NCBI GenBank assembly: GCA_947053595.1 | Contig: CAMRSX010000002.1 | Coordinates: 39,071 to 103,070 of the forward strand | Source: an uncultured Clostridia bacterium | GTDB taxonomy: Bacteria; Bacillota; Clostridia; Christensenellales; UBA1242 | Reading direction: 5' to 3' | Length of the DNA stretch: 64,000 nt | In this document: one piece after another, positions 1 through 10,462 of the stretch | Position numbering within the stretch: the first letter of the stretch is position 1 | Layout: each line of letters begins with the position of its first letter | Notes under the pieces: generated by a model | What the model was told of the DNA's origin: nothing | The model's input: the letters and a program-made list of their open reading frames with translations, nothing else | The model's database searches: none | Translations under genes and position numbers: made by a program

Positions 1-168
1 TTCTATGCCGCGCCTTGAAGGGGAGTTGTCCTTGCGTAGGGGTTGCCGCTTGGCAAGCGTAAATTGCTGTAATGAGGCACTTTCAGCAGACACAAGTTTT
101 GCGGGGGTGTGAAGTTAGGTGGTACCACGGTTGCAAAATCGTCCTAATGTTTGGGGCGATTTTTTTGT
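1..168 (+). promoter_or_regulatory. T-box leader of pheST (3' part) with terminator
   Basis: T-box motif AGGTGGTACCACGG at ~117-130, then hairpin AAAATCGTCCTAA-TGT-TTGGGGCGATTTT plus T-run, directly upstream of pheS. The 5' part lies outside the window; TTC at 1-3 may be the Phe specifier. Confidence 0.85.
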
Positions 169-203
169 TGGCAAAATGAAAAATATAAAGCGAGGAGAAG
201 ATT

Positions 204-1223
204 ATGAAAGAAAAACTGGAAGGGATTTTAAAAAAAGCAAAAGCAGAAATTGAGAACATCCAAACTTTGGCGCTTTTGGATGAAGTGAGGGTTAAGTTTT
301 TGGGCAAAACCGGAGAGTTGACCCAAATTTTGCGCGGTATGAAAGATGTTCCTGCAGAGCAGAGGCGAGAGATTGGCACGCTGGCAAATCAGGTGCGTGA
401 AAGCTTGGAAGGCTGGCTTTCTGAAAAGTGGGCAATGCTGGAAAATGCCAAGCTTTTGGCGGATATGGAAAAGGAAAAAGTTGACATCACAGAGCCAAGC
501 AGAGGTGTTAAGCGAGGCGCGCTGCATCCGCTCACGCGTTTCAACAATAAATTTATGGAACTTTGCGTGGAGATGGGCTTTACGGTGATTCAAACTCCAG
601 AAATTGAAACCGATTATTACAACTTTGAGGCTTTGAATGTGCCAAAAAATCATCCGGCGCGTGATATGCAAGATTCGTTGTATGTCACAGACACCATTTT
701 GATGAGGACGCACACTTCTCCTGCGCAGGTGCATGCCATGGAAACTCTTAAACCACCATTTAAGATTGTTTGCCCTGGAAGAGTTTATCGAAATGACAAC
801 GATAGTTCGCATTCGCCAATTTTCAATCAGTTTGAGGCGCTTGTGATTGATGAAAACATTGGGCTGAAAGACTTTATGATTATGGTTAAAGAAATGGCTG
901 TCAGGCTGTATGGCAAGGATGTTAAGATGAGGGTTAGGCCTTCTTACTTTCCTTTTACAGAGCCTTCCATTGAAATTGATGCAACTTGCCAGATTTGCCA
1001 TGGAAAAGGTTGCACGCTGTGCAAGGGGACGGGTTTTTCGGAGTTTTTTGGCGGCGGAATTGTCAATCCTGCCATTTTGGAAATGAGTGGAATTGACAGC
1101 ACAAAATATTCTGGCTTTGCGTTTGGCCCCGGAATTGACAGAAGCGTGATGGTGACAAACAAAATTCCAAACATCAAATATTTGTTCAGAAACGACCTCA
1201 GATTTTTGAAGCAAATGAGGTGA
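204..1223 (+). CDS. pheS: Phenylalanyl-tRNA synthetase alpha subunit
   Basis: Motifs HPARDMQD, LMRTHTS, PGRVYR, RPSYFPFTEPS, GFAFGPGIDR; GAGGAG RBS. Confidence 0.98.
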   Translation: MKEKLEGILKKAKAEIENIQTLALLDEVRVKFLGKTGELTQILRGMKDVPAEQRREIGTLANQVRESLEGWLSEKWAMLENAKLLADMEKEKVDITEPSRGVKRGALHPLTRFNNKFMELCVEMGFTVIQTPEIETDYYNFEALNVPKNHPARDMQDSLYVTDTILMRTHTSPAQVHAMETLKPPFKIVCPGRVYRNDNDSSHSPIFNQFEALVIDENIGLKDFMIMVKEMAVRLYGKDVKMRVRPSYFPFTEPSIEIDATCQICHGKGCTLCKGTGFSEFFGGGIVNPAILEMSGIDSTKYSGFAFGPGIDRSVMVTNKIPNIKYLFRNDLRFLKQMR

Positions 1224-1249
1224 AAAGCGGTGTGACGCTTAAAAATGAA

Positions 1250-1299
1250 AAACAAAATGTGGTGTAGTATGCAGTGCATAACACCACAACATATTGTAA
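1250..1299. repeat. Dispersed paired-palindrome element, copy 1 (box spacing 34)
   Basis: AAACAAAATGTGGTGT-AGTATGCA-G-TGCATAACA-CCACAACATATTGTAA between pheS and pheT. Confidence 0.85.
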
Positions 1300-1351
1300 A
1301 AATGAAATTTAAGGCGCCAAAAGCTATGGCGCAAAAAGCAAGGAGAAAAAT

Positions 1352-3763
1352 ATGAAGATTTCTTATAATTGGCTGAAAGACTTTGTGGATTTGAAAGATT
1401 TGTCTGCGCAAGAAGTGGCAGAAAAACTGACAACTTCTGGGTTTGAGGTTGAGGATGTCATCTGTCAAAATGAACACCTTCACGATGTTTATGTTGGAAA
1501 AATTGAAAAGATTGAAAAGCATCCGGAGGCTGACAGGCTGCAAGTTTGCAGTGTGGATGTTGGCTTTAAGAAAGTTCAAATCATCACTTCGGCAACAAAT
1601 GTGTTTGAAGGGGCGCTTGTGCCGGTGTCTTTGGATGGTGCGGATTTGTGCAATGGCGTGCAAATCAAGCCAACAAATTTCCGCGGGGTGCCAAGTGACG
1701 GAATGTTTTGCTCTGGTGAAGAACTGGGCATTGATGACAACTATTTTGAGGGCGCCGGCATCAACGGCATCCTAATTTTGCCGCAAGATTTTGTTGCTGG
1801 CGCCAAAATTGAGGATGCACTTTTGTTGAACGATGTGATTTTTGACATCAATGTCACGCCAAATCGTCCAGACTGCAACAGTGTTGTGGGCATTGCGCGT
1901 GAAGTTTGTGCCATTTTTGACAAAACTTTTAAGGAATGCGATTTGTCATACAAAACAGTTGGCGGTGATGTGAACAAACACATTAAGGTGAGTGTGGAAA
2001 CGCCAAACTGCCCAAGATATATGGCTGCTTTTGTCAAAAACATTAAACTGCAGCGCTCTCCACTTTGGCTTAGAAGCCGTTTGCATGCAGTTGGAATTAA
2101 GCCAATCAACAACATGGTGGACATCACAAACTACATCTTGATGGAACAAGGTCAGCCAATGCACGCTTTTGATTATGCTTATTTACAAGGGCAACAAATT
2201 GTGGTTAGGCAGGCGGCAAAGGACGAGAAAATTGCTGTTTTGAATGGCAACACATATGACTTAAGTGACGATGTTATGGTGATTGCAGATGCCAAAAAAC
2301 CTGTTGTGATTGCTGGTGTGATTGGTGGTGTGAACTCTTGCATTTGCGAAACCACAACCGAGTCTGTGTTTGAGTGCGCGGTTTTTGACCTCAAGAGCGT
2401 GCGTCTTACAGCCCGAAAGTTTGGGCTTTCAACTGATTCTTCTGCGCGTTACAGCAAGGGTGTGAACATCAACATGCCAACCACCGCATTGAAGCGTGCG
2501 CTGCATTTGGTTGACGTGCTTGGCTGCGGAGAAATTGTGGATGGACTGGTGGATGTTTGCACGCAAAAGCTGGAGCAACGAAAAGAATTGAAAATTTCTT
2601 ATCAAAATGTTTGCAAAATTTTGGGGATTGAAATTTCAAAAGACAAGATGGTGCAAATTTTAAGTGGGCTTGGCATTGAAACCGAGGTGTCGGGCGAAAC
2701 TTTGCTTTGCAGACCTCCGTTTGTGCGTGAAGATTTGAAAAACGAAAACGACATCGCCGAAGAAGTTATCAGAATTTTTGGATATGACATTTATAACAAT
2801 GTGGAAGGTGGGTTGTTTGAGAATGCTGCCACAACAACGGGGCAATTTCATGCAAGGCTTCAAATGGAAAATTGCCTTAAGAACATTCTTGTGGACAGCG
2901 GATTTTATGAAACGCTTAACTATTCGCTTTATTCGGCGTCTGCTTGCGACAAGTTGCTGCTTGCTCAAGGTGACGCGCGAAGAAATGTCATCAAAATTGC
3001 AAATCCAATCAGCGAGGATTTGTCCACGGCGCGCACAGTTATGGCGCACGCGCTTTTGCTGGATGTGGCATACAACTTGTCAGTTGGAAACAAAGACTTG
3101 AGATTTTTTGAGGTTGGAAGGATTTATCAAGCACAGAAATTGCCGCTTGAAAAATTGCCTGTTGAAAACAACCGATTGTCCGTTGCCGTTTGTGAAAGTG
3201 GCTTCGATTTCTTTCAGCTTAAGGGCGTGGTGGAAAATCTTCTGCTGGGCTTTGGGCTGACATATTCATTAAGGCGCAGCCAAGAGACTTATCTTCACAG
3301 CGGCGTGAGTGCGGATGTTGTTACGGAAGACGGAAGGGTTGTTGGTTGGTTTGGAAAAGTTCATAAAGCCGTTCTTAAAAACTATGGCATCAGCCAAGAT
3401 GTTTATTATGCCGAGTTGGACACTGACTTATTGGCGGCGTTGCCAGAAAAACAATATTCCACAAAGGAAGTTTCAAAGTTTCCAACGGTGGAACGTGACC
3501 TTGCACTTGTTGTGGACGAGGCTGTCACAAACGAGCAGCTTAGTGGGGCAATTAAGTCGGCTGCCGGCAAAATTTTCTATGATGTTAATTTGTTTGATGT
3601 ATATCGCAGTGAGGCCTTGGGTGAGGGTAAGAAAAGTTTGGCATACAAAATTGTGTTTGCAAGCGATGACAAAACGCTGACGGGTGAAGAGATTTCTGCC
3701 GCAGTCAACAAAATTTTAAGAAGTTTGTCCTTCCGCTTTGGTGCAAAACTGAGAGAAATGTGA
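1352..3763 (+). CDS. pheT: Phenylalanyl-tRNA synthetase beta subunit
   Basis: MKISYNWLKDFV, tRNA-binding OB fold (KHPEADRL), TPNRPDC, C-terminal FDX-ACB domain (SKFPTVERDLA); follows pheS. Confidence 0.98.
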   Translation: MKISYNWLKDFVDLKDLSAQEVAEKLTTSGFEVEDVICQNEHLHDVYVGKIEKIEKHPEADRLQVCSVDVGFKKVQIITSATNVFEGALVPVSLDGADLCNGVQIKPTNFRGVPSDGMFCSGEELGIDDNYFEGAGINGILILPQDFVAGAKIEDALLLNDVIFDINVTPNRPDCNSVVGIAREVCAIFDKTFKECDLSYKTVGGDVNKHIKVSVETPNCPRYMAAFVKNIKLQRSPLWLRSRLHAVGIKPINNMVDITNYILMEQGQPMHAFDYAYLQGQQIVVRQAAKDEKIAVLNGNTYDLSDDVMVIADAKKPVVIAGVIGGVNSCICETTTESVFECAVFDLKSVRLTARKFGLSTDSSARYSKGVNINMPTTALKRALHLVDVLGCGEIVDGLVDVCTQKLEQRKELKISYQNVCKILGIEISKDKMVQILSGLGIETEVSGETLLCRPPFVREDLKNENDIAEEVIRIFGYDIYNNVEGGLFENAATTTGQFHARLQMENCLKNILVDSGFYETLNYSLYSASACDKLLLAQGDARRNVIKIANPISEDLSTARTVMAHALLLDVAYNLSVGNKDLRFFEVGRIYQAQKLPLEKLPVENNRLSVAVCESGFDFFQLKGVVENLLLGFGLTYSLRRSQETYLHSGVSADVVTEDGRVVGWFGKVHKAVLKNYGISQDVYYAELDTDLLAALPEKQYSTKEVSKFPTVERDLALVVDEAVTNEQLSGAIKSAAGKIFYDVNLFDVYRSEALGEGKKSLAYKIVFASDDKTLTGEEISAAVNKILRSLSFRFGAKLREM

Positions 3764-3783
3764 TGATGCAAGCTTGATGTGTT

Positions 3784-3842
3784 TTAATGTATGTTGTGGT
3801 GTTATGCAATAAAAATCTTGCATAACACACCATATATCGTGA
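3784..3842. repeat. Dispersed paired-palindrome element, copy 2 (spacing 43)
   Basis: TTAATGTATGTTGTGG-TGTTATGCA-N10-TGCATAAC-ACACCATATATCGTGA just after the pheT stop. Confidence 0.85.
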
Positions 3843-3943
3843 AATTATAAAGTTGCAGCAAAGTTGGCAAGGCGGCTTTTTGGAAATGTTTTTGGTGGCA
3901 TGTTTAAAAATTTTTTGAGGTGAAAAAGGTGCAAAAAGAAGAG

Positions 3944-5068
3944 ATGAATTTGATTTATCTTGACAACGCAGGCACAACGCAGATGTTTGAAGAGTGCGTT
4001 TTGGTGCACAGACAATTTGGTTGTGCAGAGTTTTTCAATCCGTCCGCACTTTCTTCGCGCTCGATGGCTGTTAGGAAGCAAATTTTGCAGGCGGAGGAAT
4101 ATGTCAAACAGCGTTTGGGTGCAAGGGATGGAAATGTGCTTTTCACAGGCTGCGCCACAGAAAGTAACAATTTGGCAATCATGGGCAGTGTCAGAGCGGG
4201 AAAGGCGGAATATGTGTTTTCTGAAGGAGAGCATCCGTCGGTTAACAACCTTGCAAAAAAGCTGCAGCTTGGCGGGGCTGTTGTGCATTTTGTTCCGTTG
4301 GGCAAAGATGGCTGCATTGACATGCAGAAGTTGGAGGAAGTGCTTTGTGAAAACACAAGGCTTGTCAGCATCATTCATGTCAGCAATGAAACGGGCGCGG
4401 TCAACAACCTTAAAAGCATTTCTGCGCTTAAGATGAAAAAGTGCCCAAAGGCAATTTTGCACATTGACGGCGTGCAGGCGTTTATGAAAATTCCGCTTTG
4501 CCTAAGGCAGACGGAGGTGGATTTATATTCCTTTAGCGGGCACAAATTTCACGCGCCAAAGGGCATTGCGGGGCTTTATGTCAGAAATAAAATGGCATTG
4601 AAGCCACTTTTGGAGGGTGGCGGCCAGCAATATGGGTTGCGCTCGGGCACTGAAAATGTTTCTGGCATCATGCAAATGGTTGCGGCAATGCAGCTTATTG
4701 ACGAAAAGGAAAATTTGGAGAAGGTGACGGCGTTGAGGCAGCAGTTTAAAGACAGCATAACTGCAAGCGGAATTGTTGTGAAGGATTTTGGCGGCTCGCC
4801 ATACATCCTTAATCTGATTTTTTCGGGGGTTAAGGGTGAAACCATGCTTCATGCACTGGAAAACGAGGGCGTGATTGTGGGTTTGGGCAGTGCGTGCTCG
4901 GCAAAACTTGCGGGAAATCGTGTTTTGGAAAGCATTGGGCTGGCTTCAGCGGAGGTGATTTCAAGCGCGCGCATAAGCTTCAATGCCTATATGAGTGGCG
5001 ATGAGGTTGTTGAGGCTGCAAAAATCATCTGCAAGGTGTATGAAGACATAAAGCAGCGGGTTTCTTAA
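3944..5068 (+). CDS. Cysteine desulfurase (NifZ/IscS-like), probable ThiI partner
   Basis: IYLDNAGTT, SGHKFHAPKG (PLP lysine), GSACS catalytic Cys; start placed at ATG 3944; upstream of thiI. Confidence 0.92.
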   Translation: MNLIYLDNAGTTQMFEECVLVHRQFGCAEFFNPSALSSRSMAVRKQILQAEEYVKQRLGARDGNVLFTGCATESNNLAIMGSVRAGKAEYVFSEGEHPSVNNLAKKLQLGGAVVHFVPLGKDGCIDMQKLEEVLCENTRLVSIIHVSNETGAVNNLKSISALKMKKCPKAILHIDGVQAFMKIPLCLRQTEVDLYSFSGHKFHAPKGIAGLYVRNKMALKPLLEGGGQQYGLRSGTENVSGIMQMVAAMQLIDEKENLEKVTALRQQFKDSITASGIVVKDFGGSPYILNLIFSGVKGETMLHALENEGVIVGLGSACSAKLAGNRVLESIGLASAEVISSARISFNAYMSGDEVVEAAKIICKVYEDIKQRVS

Positions 5069-5148
5069 GGCAAAAACGGCAAAATGCACCTGTGCAAAAG
5101 GTTTTAAGGAACGTTTAAGAAAAACAGCAAAAAAGGTTTGAAAAATTT

Positions 5149-6312
5149 ATGAAAAAAGTTTTGTTATTGAAGTTTGGAGAGTTGTTTTTGAAAGGGCGAA
5201 ATAGGCATGATTTCATCAATCAACTTAAAACAAACATTGTGAAAAAGCTTGCGGCATTCAAATGTCGTTTGGAGGAAACTCAGGGCAGATTGGTTTTGAG
5301 TGGTTATGATGTGGAGTGTGAGGACGAAATCATAAGCAAACTGCAAGAGGTGTTTGGGCTGATTGCAGTGGCGGATGCGCTGGAGTTTGAAACATCGCTT
5401 GAAAACATAAAGCAGCATGTTATGGAAATGGATTTTGAAGGGGTGAAAAGCTTTAAGGTGTCCAGCAAGAGGGCGGACAAAAGCTTTCCGCTCACTTCCA
5501 TGCAGTTGGACGCGCAGCTTGGTGAAGCGCTGCTGGAAAATTGGCAAAATTTGAAGGTGAACTTATATTCTCCTGAAAAAATTGTTTATGTGGAGGTGCG
5601 CACAAACGGCAAAACATATTTGTATGACAACCTTATCTCTTGTGCGGGCGGTTTGCCACTTGGCACTGCTGGCAAGGCGATGTTGCTGCTTTCGGGCGGC
5701 ATAGACAGCCCAGTTGCCGGCTTTTTGATGTCTAAGCGCGGGCTGAAGTTGGAGGCTGTGCATTTTCATTCCTATCCATACACCAGTGTTCAGGCAAAAG
5801 AGAAGGTGATTGAACTTGCCAAGCAAATTTCAAAATATTGCGGCGAAATTAAATTGCACATTGTCTCTTTCACGGAAATTCAAGAGCGAATTCACAAAAA
5901 TTGTGATGCGGAGTATATGATAACCATCATGCGCAGAATCATGATGAGAATTGCCGAAAGGTTGTGCCAGCAAAACGAGTGCGGAGCCATTGTGACGGGT
6001 GAAAGCTTGGGGCAGGTGGCAAGCCAAACGATGCAGAGCATGAATGTCACAAATGATGTTGTGTCGCTTCCTGTTTTTCGTCCTGTGATTGCATATGACA
6101 AAGAAGAAATCATGTTTGTTGCAAAGAAAATTGGCACTTTTGAAACTTCCATCCTTCCTTATGAAGATTGCTGCACTGTCTTTCTGCCAAAAAATCCTGT
6201 CATCCGTCCAACAATAAAGCGCGCAGAATTGCTGGAGCAAAGCTTGAATGTGGACGCGCTTGTGCAACAGGCAATTTCCAATGAAGAGATTTTGATTGTT
6301 AACACCTATTGA
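5149..6312 (+). CDS. thiI: tRNA 4-thiouridine synthase ThiI (no rhodanese domain)
   Basis: THUMP domain, PP-loop LLSGGIDSPVA, TGESLGQVASQT, PYEDCC. Confidence 0.96.
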   Translation: MKKVLLLKFGELFLKGRNRHDFINQLKTNIVKKLAAFKCRLEETQGRLVLSGYDVECEDEIISKLQEVFGLIAVADALEFETSLENIKQHVMEMDFEGVKSFKVSSKRADKSFPLTSMQLDAQLGEALLENWQNLKVNLYSPEKIVYVEVRTNGKTYLYDNLISCAGGLPLGTAGKAMLLLSGGIDSPVAGFLMSKRGLKLEAVHFHSYPYTSVQAKEKVIELAKQISKYCGEIKLHIVSFTEIQERIHKNCDAEYMITIMRRIMMRIAERLCQQNECGAIVTGESLGQVASQTMQSMNVTNDVVSLPVFRPVIAYDKEEIMFVAKKIGTFETSILPYEDCCTVFLPKNPVIRPTIKRAELLEQSLNVDALVQQAISNEEILIVNTY

Positions 6313-6446
6313 TTTGTTTGTTTTTAATATTTTGTTGATATTATTTCGCTGTTAAAGCTTAAATTATTCTTTTGGCTTTGGCTGAAATTAAATGCTGCAA
6401 AAGTTAATGAAATGTAAATTGATTGAAATAAAAAAACTCAAGCCTT

Positions 6447-6980
6447 TTATTTGGTTTGAGTTTTTTCTTCTGTGTTTTCAGTTTCTTGTGTGTTTTCTTG
6501 GTTTTCTTTAACTGGCAATTGACAAACGGCTGTAAGCAATGCTCCTTCAGAGGTGAGAGAGCCCATCATTCCAAAAATTGCTCCCATTTTTTTCTTGTCC
6601 CAATCGCAATATTGTTTATAATAAGTTGTGTCTTTGCTTTTTAAAAGGCAGTCTACCGCAAACTTGATGGATGTTGAATATTTAATTTTGCTTTCATATT
6701 CTCTTTCTGCTTTGTGATATGCTTGTGAGGTTATGTTTTTGGCGTCATATTCAATTTTCAATTTGTCCAAATCTTCTTTGTCTTGGGCAAGTTCTTGCTG
6801 CATTTTGTTTTGAAAAACTGCAAATATTTCTGTGCTTTTGTATGCGTCACAAACTTCGTCAATTTTGTTGTCACAATGCACATAGCCCCAAATGGATGTT
6901 GCAAGGGCGGTGGCAGGCACTCCAAAAAGCAGGATGGTTCCAAGGGTGGATTTGAGAATTTCTTTTGTTTTTGCTTTCAT
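6447..6980 (-). CDS. Hypothetical membrane protein (2 hydrophobic segments around a helical region)
   Basis: Start MKAKTKEIL at 6980 with AAGGAAG RBS and TTGACA-17-TAAAAT promoter upstream; AT-rich, lone gene. Confidence 0.7.
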   Translation of the reverse strand: MKAKTKEILKSTLGTILLFGVPATALATSIWGYVHCDNKIDEVCDAYKSTEIFAVFQNKMQQELAQDKEDLDKLKIEYDAKNITSQAYHKAEREYESKIKYSTSIKFAVDCLLKSKDTTYYKQYCDWDKKKMGAIFGMMGSLTSEGALLTAVCQLPVKENQENTQETENTEEKTQTK

Positions 6981-7294
6981 GTTTCTTCCTTTTTTTTCTT
7001 TTCGCTTTATTTTATCACAAAAGGTGGAAGGTGTCAAGGGGCGGGCTGTAAAAAAGTGGGATGGAGCAAGTTTTTCTTTTTTTTTCTTTTTTAAATTTAA
7101 TTTCAAATCTTTTTATAGGGGCATTGTAACACAGGAGGGCAAGAAGATTTTTAAAATTTTTGACATAAAGACTTGTTAAGGCGGTGAGCGGGGCGATATA
7201 ATAAACACGCATAATACGGTTATGCATAAAAGCTTATATTTATAATTTTCAAATTTATAAACTTGCAAAAAGCCAAATTTTTATGAAAAATTGA

Positions 7295-7386
7295 TGAATA
7301 AATATGCAAAAATCGCTTGCATTTTTATAAAATTTATTGTATAATTATCAAAATTGCATGAATAAACATGAATTTATATTTATGCA
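7295..7386 (+). promoter_or_regulatory. argR sigma-A promoter with ARG boxes (probable autoregulation)
   Basis: TTGCAT(7317)-17bp-TATAAT(7340). ARG-like cores TGAATAAATATGCA (7295-7308), TGCATTTTTATAAA over the -35, TGAATAAACATGAA and TTTATATTTATGCA downstream. Confidence 0.75.
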
Positions 7387-7440
7387 AAAATCGCCAGAGT
7401 GCCCTAAAATAGGCGCCTGTGGCGTTTAAGGAGAGGCAAA

Positions 7441-7893
7441 ATGGCAAGAAGCTCAAGACAGTCAAAAATTTTGGAACTTATTTCCACAAAAGAGATTGAA
7501 ACGCAGGAAGAACTTGCAAAAGAACTTAAAAATGCAAATTTTGAAATCACTCAAGCAACAATCTCGCGCGACATCAAAGAGCTTGGGCTCACCAAAATTC
7601 AGGGCTCTTCGGGCAAATATAAATATGCCATTTTGGGTGCAGAGCAGCAGGTTGTTTCCAACAAATATATAAACATCTTCAAAGAATGTGTCATTTCTGT
7701 GAAGTCGGCTCTCAACTTGGCTGTTGTGAAAACCATCAAAGGCATGGGGTCTGGCGTATGTTCGTTCATTGATAAACTGAATTTGTCAGAGCTTATGGGC
7801 GCAACCTATGGGGATGACACTGTGATGCTGATTTTTCCTTCCACCACTTTTGCTGGCGAGGCTGTTTCCACATTGCAGCAGCTTTTGATTTAA
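7441..7893 (+). CDS. argR: Arginine repressor
   Basis: IETQEEL, TQATISRDIKEL, GDDT; precedes recN. Confidence 0.96.
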   Translation: MARSSRQSKILELISTKEIETQEELAKELKNANFEITQATISRDIKELGLTKIQGSSGKYKYAILGAEQQVVSNKYINIFKECVISVKSALNLAVVKTIKGMGSGVCSFIDKLNLSELMGATYGDDTVMLIFPSTTFAGEAVSTLQQLLI

Positions 7894-7912
7894 AAAAACT
7901 TTTCATTTAATT

Positions 7913-7946
7913 AAAAACACTTTTCAAAAGAGAAGTGTTTTTTTTG
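7913..7946 (+). terminator. Intrinsic terminator after argR
   Basis: AAAAACACTTTTC-AAAA-GAGAAGTGTTTTT followed by T-run. Confidence 0.7.
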
Positions 7947-8010
7947 TTGAATTTTGTTGCAAGCAGCCAAAAAGTTTGTTACAATATAACAAGAGAACTT
8001 TGGAGGAAAA

Positions 8011-9669
8011 ATGCTTTCACAACTGACAATTTCAAATGTGGCTTTAATCAAAAAGCAGACCATTGATTTTCAAGCGGGCTTCAACTGCATTTTGGGGCAG
8101 TCTGGCGCGGGCAAGAGCATCATCATTGATGCGCTAAGTTTTTTGCTGGGCGCAAAGGCTGACAAAACGCTTCTCCGTTCTGGCGAAAGCTTGATGCGGG
8201 TGGACGGCGTTTTTTGTGACCTTTCCAGCGAAGCAAAAAGCATTTTGTGTGAGTGGGAAATTGAGTGTGAAGACGAGCTTGTGATTTCGCGCACGCTTTC
8301 TTTGGAAGGGAAGAGCAGTGTGAAGGTGAATGGCTTTCCTGTCACTGCCAAGATGTTGCAAGCGCTGGCTGCGCATTTGGCAGATTTTTGCGGGCAGCAT
8401 GACAGCGTTGGGCTTTTGAACGCTTCCACGCATCTTTCGCTTTTGGACAGATTTGTTGGGCAGCAGGCGGAGGCGCAGCGGTTTTTGGTGGACGCCGCTT
8501 TTGAAGAATTGGCAAAGGTTGAGCTGCAAATTGCGTCGTTGGGCGGAGATGAGCAGAAGCGAGCGCGAGAGAAGGATTTGCTGGAGTTTCAGATTGACGA
8601 AATTGAAAAGGCTCAGCTTCAAGTTGGCGAGGAAAGAGAATTGAAAGAGCGCTTTGACTTCATTTCCAGCGCCGAGAGGATTTTTGAAGATGTGTCGGAC
8701 GCGCTGTTAAAGTTGGAGGAGGGCTCTGACAACGCCACAAGTTTGCTTTATGAGGCCAAGAATGGGCTTTCGGGCATTTCCAATTTTAAGGATGTTGAAG
8801 ATTGCAGAAGCAGACTGGAAAGCTGTTATTATGAAGTTAAGGACATTGCCGAAACTTTGGAGGCAATCAAGCAAAACACCGAGTTTGACCCGCTGGAGTT
8901 GGAGCGCATTGACGCGCGCCTCGATTTGATTAAAACCCTCTCCAAAAAATATGGAAAAACAGTGGAGGACATTCTGGATTTTCAGGCGCAGTGTGCAAAA
9001 AGGCTGGAAGAGCTGGAAAACAGCCAAGAGCTTTTGGAGAAATTGCAAAAGCAGCAAAGCATTAAAGCTGCCGAACTGCAGCAGCAATGCGAAAAGCTCA
9101 GCGCCATAAGAAAGCAGGCGGCAGAGAATTTTGAGAAGAAGATTTGCGCCGAACTGGAAGATTTGGAAATGAAAGGCACGCACTTTAAGGTGGATTTTGC
9201 GCGCGGTGAATGCAGCAGAAATGGCTTTGATGTTGTGAAGTTTATGTTCTCTGCCAACGTTGGGCAAGAGATTAGGGATTTGCACAAAACCGCATCTGGA
9301 GGTGAGCTTTCAAGGCTGCTGTTGGCGTTTAAGAATGTCATGCTGGGCAGAGAAATGGTGCAAACGGTGGTGTTTGACGAAATTGATGCTGGCATAAGCG
9401 GTCACACGGCAGGCAAGCTGGCAGAGAAACTTGTCAACATTTCAAAATACACACAAATCATCTGCATAACGCACACGCCAGTTGTGGCAGCCAAGGCCAA
9501 AGCGTTTTTGCTGGTGGTGAAAAGTGTGGTGGATGCAGCAACGCAGTCCACGGTTTGCAGCCTAAATCATCAGCAGGCAGTTTTGGAAGTTGCAAGGCTG
9601 ATTGATGGCGGCAAGGAGGCTTCTGACACAGCCATAAGCCATGCGCAGCAGCTTTTTGAGGCGAAATGA
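8011..9669 (+). CDS. recN: DNA repair protein RecN
   Basis: Walker A GQSGAGKS, coiled coil, ASGGELSR signature, VFDEIDAG; own TTGCAA-17-TACAAT promoter. Confidence 0.96.
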   Translation: MLSQLTISNVALIKKQTIDFQAGFNCILGQSGAGKSIIIDALSFLLGAKADKTLLRSGESLMRVDGVFCDLSSEAKSILCEWEIECEDELVISRTLSLEGKSSVKVNGFPVTAKMLQALAAHLADFCGQHDSVGLLNASTHLSLLDRFVGQQAEAQRFLVDAAFEELAKVELQIASLGGDEQKRAREKDLLEFQIDEIEKAQLQVGEERELKERFDFISSAERIFEDVSDALLKLEEGSDNATSLLYEAKNGLSGISNFKDVEDCRSRLESCYYEVKDIAETLEAIKQNTEFDPLELERIDARLDLIKTLSKKYGKTVEDILDFQAQCAKRLEELENSQELLEKLQKQQSIKAAELQQQCEKLSAIRKQAAENFEKKICAELEDLEMKGTHFKVDFARGECSRNGFDVVKFMFSANVGQEIRDLHKTASGGELSRLLLAFKNVMLGREMVQTVVFDEIDAGISGHTAGKLAEKLVNISKYTQIICITHTPVVAAKAKAFLLVVKSVVDAATQSTVCSLNHQQAVLEVARLIDGGKEASDTAISHAQQLFEAK

Positions 9670-9829
9670 AACAAAACACCCAAAACCAACTAAAACAATT
9701 TGCAAAGCGGGCAAAGCTTACAAGGCTTGCAAAGCAAAAAATGCGCATAGGCGTGCTTTTTAAGTTTTGCAAAACAAATGTTAATAAACACAAAACAACC
9801 CTCATATAATGCTTGTGAGGGTTTTATTT

Positions 9830-10462
9830 ATGGTTGATTTTTTTGTTGATAATTTTTCAAGTTGTATGATTGTGGCGGTGATTTTGGTTGCAATGTGTCC
9901 AATGCTGGAAAGCAAGGCCTCCATTCCGCTGGCGCTTTCAGTTGCGCTTTGGGGAGAAGCCACGCTCAGTCCGGCGGCTGCCTTCTTTGTGTCTATGTTT
10001 GCAACCTTGCTTCCTGCAATGTTGGTGATTTTGCTGGCAAGATTTGTGAAAAACAGAACAAGCGGCTTTGTGCATGACAGGTTTTTAAGCAAGTTTCAAA
10101 CAAAGCACGCTGCCAAACTTGCCAAACTGAATTTGCAAAGTTCCACATTCAAAAAGTGTCTCATGCTTTCAACCTTTGTGGCAATTCCTCTTCCTCTGAC
10201 AGGGGCATACACTGGCAGCATCATTGCAGGATTGACAAAACTGAAACTTTGGCAATGCTTTGTGTCAATTTTTGTGGGTGAACTGATTTCTTGTGGTGTG
10301 GTGCTTTTGCTGTGCTTGCTGATGGCAAATTCCGCACTTTATATATTCCTCATCTCTTTGGGCATGGTTGTGCTGTTTGTGCTTGTCAACCTTGTTATGG
10401 CGCTGTTTGGAAAGCTTAGAAATCGCAAAGCCAACAAAGAAATTGAAATCAAATGCCTGTAA
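9830..10462 (+). CDS. COG2426-like putative small multidrug export membrane protein
   Basis: MCPMLESKASIP and FVAIPLPLTGAYTG motifs; multiple TM segments; start placed at ATG 9830. Confidence 0.8.
   Translation: MVDFFVDNFSSCMIVAVILVAMCPMLESKASIPLALSVALWGEATLSPAAAFFVSMFATLLPAMLVILLARFVKNRTSGFVHDRFLSKFQTKHAAKLAKLNLQSSTFKKCLMLSTFVAIPLPLTGAYTGSIIAGLTKLKLWQCFVSIFVGELISCGVVLLLCLLMANSALYIFLISLGMVVLFVLVNLVMALFGKLRNRKANKEIEIKCL

Noticed and set aside
7205-7390. TATGCA/TGCATA motifs upstream of argR as copies of the dispersed repeat
   Set aside because: Lack the 16-bp box and are explained as ARG boxes
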